A stretch of DNA of 64,000 nt from Macrostomum lignano (taxonomy: Eukaryota): contig NIVC01001174.1 in NCBI GenBank assembly GCA_002269645.1, positions 62,001-126,000 of the forward strand. Direction: 5' to 3'. Shown here in pieces: positions 59,301-64,000 of the stretch. A program made the position numbers and the translations under genes. The notes under the pieces were generated by a model. The model searched no databases. It worked only from the letters and a program-made list of their open reading frames with translations, and had not been told where the DNA came from. The first letter of the stretch is position 1. Each line of letters starts with the position of its first letter.

Positions 59301-62300
59301 AGTGTTGTCGGTGAATTTGGAGAACAATGGCAGGATAAACCTGGCATAAACCTCAAGCTCTGCCATCTCGTCGCATTGAAGCTTTTCGTACAGCATCGTG
59401 AGAGACCAGTTTGCCTTCAAGAAGATGACCCGGCTGGAGCTCTTCCACTCGTCCATCTCGTCGGCCACGAGCGATGCCGGCAAGATGCAGGCCTGTTCAG
59501 AGTTGAGAGCGCAGCAACGACCGTCAGATGTGACAAACACCGGTAATTGACGCACTCTTGCAAGGAGGTTCTGCTCTCCCATTCTCTTACTTAGCTCTCC
59601 CCAGTTGCTCTGAATGTACACCAAAAAGCTCACAGCTTGCTTCTCAGTGGTCGCAGATCTCTCAGCGTTCTCATTTAGAGCGAACTCCATCACTCTCAGC
59701 ATGGACTCGGGCTGTCTGACGTTGCCACACAGACTGCCGACCAGCTTCAAGCCCATCCTGCTGAGCGAGGGAGCGTTGAGTTGCTGCAGAGACTCCTCGA
59801 CTGCTTTGCTGCAGTCATCGAGACCGAATCTGATTGGCTCATAAATACAGGGCGCCAGTGAGAGGCTTGCAAAGCGAGACTGGCTGACAGGAATCAGATG
59901 TGCGCTGCCCAGTCCTGAAGAGGATAACGTTTGCATTGGTGCATTCTTATTAGTGCATTTGTTGTCTAGAAACTCCCACACTCGATTCAACCATTGTTCG
60001 AGAAACTCGGCTTCAGTACTAAACTCCCAATTCGATACGTAGTCAGTACGAGACATGCAGACTGCGGCATGCTCTCTGTGCAAAAGAGTGCGAAAATCCA
60101 TCAGCTGAAACTTTTTACACAACTGTCCCTGGCATAGATTGATTTTCTTCTTCAGATCGAGCTGAAGTGAAACTTTCTTGTGCACAAACTCGTGCTTTGC
60201 TTCGCTGTGTGAAAACAAGTCGTGGAATTGAGTGAGAAACAGAGGCGTCGATCCATTGCCAAACTCAGTGAGTCGGTTACCGGCTCCTAAATTCAAGGGC
60301 ACTCCGATGAGATGCTGCACCTCGTCTTGTAGTTCATCAAGCAGATATGCGAGCAGGCTTCAACGGCTTCTGGGGTTTGAAATGATGTCGCGCTCACATC
60401 ACTCGGCAACGAATCTCGAAGTCGCTTGCACGCTGGACCCCTGAGAAATGCGCAAATGGACACAGCATCAGCCAAAGGGGTGAATTCCAGCTGGGTCGAC
60501 TCAAGCGACTGACGAAGGCCTATATAATCCGGGACCATGATGGGAAATCGCAGTTTACTCAGAACGTTCTGAAGATACTCGGTCAAATTGTTCGGAGTCA
60601 GGAATGCAGCACTACCGCTGACATCACCTGAGCTCTGTGCTAGCGGCAACCACTTCTGCTGTTTTTCAATTACAGAGTGCACAGGGAAGATTGCCCACCG
60701 AATTCGAAAGGCGTTTTGGAAGACAAGCTTTGCAAGCTGGCCCCACAGCGTCTGATTGCTTGCGTGGTACTCTGGAAGAAGGCTGTAGAAGTGGTGTACG
60801 CTCTGCACATTCGGATAAACTGCTTTTGCTGCTTCGAGTAGACTGCCGTAGCAGTCAGGCAGAAGCTGAGTGGCCAGCACTTGGTTCCATTGCTCCTTGA
60901 CATCTACAGCTCCATCAGCCTTCCACAGAGATCTGCGCGATGGGTCCATAATGAAGTGACCATTCACGTGTACAGGAAGTGCAGTCGTCACAGGCAATGG
61001 CAGCAGACAGTAGACGTGACCTTCTATCTGACATGCTTTAGTTATGGAGATATGAGCGGCGACTCCGGTCTTTGGCAGAAGACGCCACTTTCCGGAGGCC
61101 ACTTGCTGCTGCAGCTGTGCGGGCATGTTGTCCAGTCGACCTCCGAGTTTTTGGAAAACGAGCCATCTTTGCTTGAAATTGGTGCCAGTCCCGCTTACCT
61201 TGAGTTCGTAGGTGATCGAGCTGATTGGAATGCGGCTTAACTGAGCTCCCCTGCTCCGCAGATGCTGACTGGCGGTTCCGCACGCCTCCTTGAAGTAATC
61301 GAAGCAACCTGATACAGTTTCAACTTCCAACTTGGCTGCAAAAACTGTTGTGAACTTGTTGTCAGCCGATACTTCGGAGAGTTGCACTTCACGGATATTC
61401 AAGAGAAACAAGGCAGTTCGCCCAAGTTCATTCTTGAATTCGTCGAATAGATGCTTGATGTTATCAGCACTGATGGAGCGTTTGCATATTCTAGATTTTT
61501 TAGCTGAGCTCACCGTTCTCAATGGCAGTCGAAACACGGTTCCTCCCGTTTGCGGCAAGCTCTCAGGACAGTACCCCGCAAATACGTCACGAAAAGTATC
61601 TTTCATACGCTGCACGTTCTGGAACATACCCCTGGAGAAGCCAAATAGCACCAGGCATGTACCTGCAGTGCGGATCCATCACGCAGAAAATCTTTCCATC
61701 GGACAGAAACGAGGGCGCATCCGTGATGTTGTACACACAATTGAACCCGATGCCGTACTGTCCAGCTTTCCATGCGTCGTCTCGCTTGGACCCGAGACCG
61801 AGGTTCTGGATGCCTTCGATGTCCGCATCGGAAAATGTCGAGTCGTTGTAGACGAGAAGCGCGGGTCCCTGCAGCTCCTTCCAGCTGTCACTCAGCACTT
61901 TCTCGGTCCCGTGATGCCGACGATCGATGATGAAGCTGATCTTTGATGCCCCAGCATCATCTGCATTCTGAATGAGTTCCTTGAAAAGCTCGATTCCAAG
62001 CGGGTATCCGGAAATGATGTTCTGCAGTCTGGTTGTGAGGTCCTCGTGTTGGCCGAAAGGCAGAGGCTGCATCGCTTGAGCCAGCATGCTTTCTCTCTGG
62101 TTTGGAATTCCAAGCTTCTGGCACAGCCCAAAGGAGATGTTCTCGTGGCAGAAGAAGGTCTCATTTGGTAGTTGCACAGATTTCATCCAAGGCAGGTTGT
62201 TAAAGCACAATTGCGTGCAGGGTCTCAGAATGCGGCTGTGGTCGGGTGCGAGCAAGCTCTCAGTCGCCAAGGCTTCATCCTGACGGCCGATCTGATCGAG

Positions 62301-64000
62301 TATTTTAAGGCTCAAATCTAAATCGCCAAGCGTTAGTGGTTCCGAGGAGTAACGCTGAGAAAGAAGTTTAAGCACACCTGCATAGTGCGATGCTGTGAAC
62401 TTTTGATTGACTCCGGCTGCCTTGAAGAAGCTGTCGCACTGGATGCCGCTTAGTTCGGAAGGCAAAACATGAAGAAATGGCTCGAATCCCGCATCAGATC
62501 TCGACAGACTTACTTGAGCAGACCTTATGAATCCTTTCGGGGACCAAATAATGTTCGGAGTCTGTTTCACCATGCTAAGGACGCTATTCGCATTGAGATA
62601 ACCGGAAGAGATTTGGGCACTGAGGTGTCGATAAACGCACCGACTCACTCGCAGAGTTTCTTCATTGCCAGCTCGGGTCAGAGCTACCAGCTGCTGCCAA
62701 GCCACCTCATTGGCAACGTAACTCACGTTCAAAACTCCGATTTGAGCCAAAAGATCTTGTCTCCTTGATGAGGCAACATCACGCAGCACCGTTTCGTCCA
62801 AAATAAGCTGCGATGCGGATACAAGATCTTTGCAGCTGGCATCAAACAGCTGACTAGGCTGGAAAAGTTGCGTTTTTGGATACTGATCAGCTCGCCAGAC
62901 AAGGCAACTGTCGTTAGCTTTCTTCAAGGCAGGTAGAAATGCTACGTTTCTCAGCTGACCAATCGGCTGGTTTGAAAACCGAGAACGGAACGAATCCAAG
63001 TACGAAAGCAGCAACACCGTGCGCTCGGTTCTCTGAGGCTCGGAGAGCGCAGCAACTGACTGGGCGCGACTCAGCAACTCGGCCCAACTGAGATCCGCGC
63101 GGAGCCCGACTGAGCGGAGCGCTCTCAGCCGATCCGGTGTCTGCATGTCCTTGTGAGGAAACACGCTTACGTTCATTTCGAACAGCCTCGCAGCCTGACA
63201 GCTGGTGTCCAGAAGCTGTAGAGGCTGACACAGGGCGTTTCCAACGTTAGGAATGCAGCAGGACTGCTTTAACAAATTTAAAACGTTTTGAGTTACAATT
63301 CTAGAAGCGGAGCTCCAGTCTGCATTGCCTCCACCACTGATAACATCCAGCATGAATTTCAGCACTCTAAAGCAGTCCTCAGAGTAGCCTGACTGCCACA
63401 GGCGAGACATGTTCGGCACCAACTTAAGCAGCAGTGTCTCGCCCGACCATTGACGCTGCAGAATCTTGTTCGTCAGACCCAGCTGCTCCACAGTTCCTCG
63501 AACTCCATCGGTCAACGATGCGACACCTTCGTGCTGACCCACGAGTCTCGTGGCGAGTCGACTCAAACAATCTGAAATCCCAGCCAGTGACAGGATGCTG
63601 GGATCCAGAAACACTGTGTGACCAAAACTCTTCCACCCAGCTGATGTGTGAAAGATTGGCGCCTGACCGTCAAGCATGGAAGCGTAGAACTTCTCAATAA
63701 GCGGCCTCCACACAGACTGAGTAGCTCTGTCGAATCGAGGCCACAGCTCTTGCGAAATCTCTGCATTCACCAAAGAGATTCCACTTAGAATCTTCAGAGC
63801 GTCAATGTAGGCAGGACAAATGACGTCTGTGAGCAGCACTCGGTTCCACTCGCCGAGACTCCACACGCCCTGCTTCTCGTCGACCGTGACCTCGTTGAGG
63901 TGTCGTCGGCTCGAGGTGACGGAGAAGCTCGCGTTCAGCATCACTGGGAATGGATTTTCGACAGGCAGCGGTAGGAAGCAGAACAGCAGCGAGGCCGGCT
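56307..64000 (-). CDS. SACS: Sacsin-like protein 2 (5' end outside the window), with apparent frameshifts near 60360 and 61640
   Basis: Three consecutive ORFs (61587-63944, 60293-61651, 56307-60320) are collinear with sacsin-1. Motifs ELIQNADDAGA..GQYGIGFNCVY and HEPN WACYISWQATEKALKA..CRYP. Frame breaks sit at short homopolymers. Confidence 0.88.

Noticed and set aside
36198-63766. Numerous short + strand and alternate-frame ORFs over the sacsin, Gypsy and TRP genes
   Set aside because: Shadow ORFs antisense to or overlapping long GC3-rich coding regions, with no independent motifs.

Overview
Eukaryotic (metazoan) genomic DNA, rich in introns and repeats. The gene content, (GACT)n microsatellites and many 15-30 bp minisatellites suggest a flatworm such as Macrostomum (inference). 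Six host gene models can be built from GT/AG junctions with matching phases: (1) a spliced, RT-less LINE-type APE endonuclease gene with substituted catalytic residues (2037-3805, -); (2) a 6-exon gene of ~1476 aa joining ~14 ankyrin repeats to a TRPM-like channel core (6090-21677, -); (3) a 3-exon atypical Cdc42/Rho-family GTPase (24160-25369, +); (4) an 8-exon, ~550 aa G-protein alpha subunit with degenerate G1/G2/G3 boxes and a ~175 aa helical-domain insertion (28934-34129, +); (5,6) two tandem sacsin-like HEPN genes whose J-domain region lacks HPD (36163-45042 and 56307->64000, -). Mobile DNA includes an apparently intact P element (31-bp TIRs, 8-bp TSD) nested in an older CAC...GTG element inside the channel gene's intron, a Gypsy LTR element with RT/RNaseH deleted, a tRNA-derived SINE, an RTE-like endonuclease relic and a hAT-type MITE. 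There are no CRISPR arrays or rRNA/tRNA genes. All calls are from reading the sequence by eye; no searches were run.
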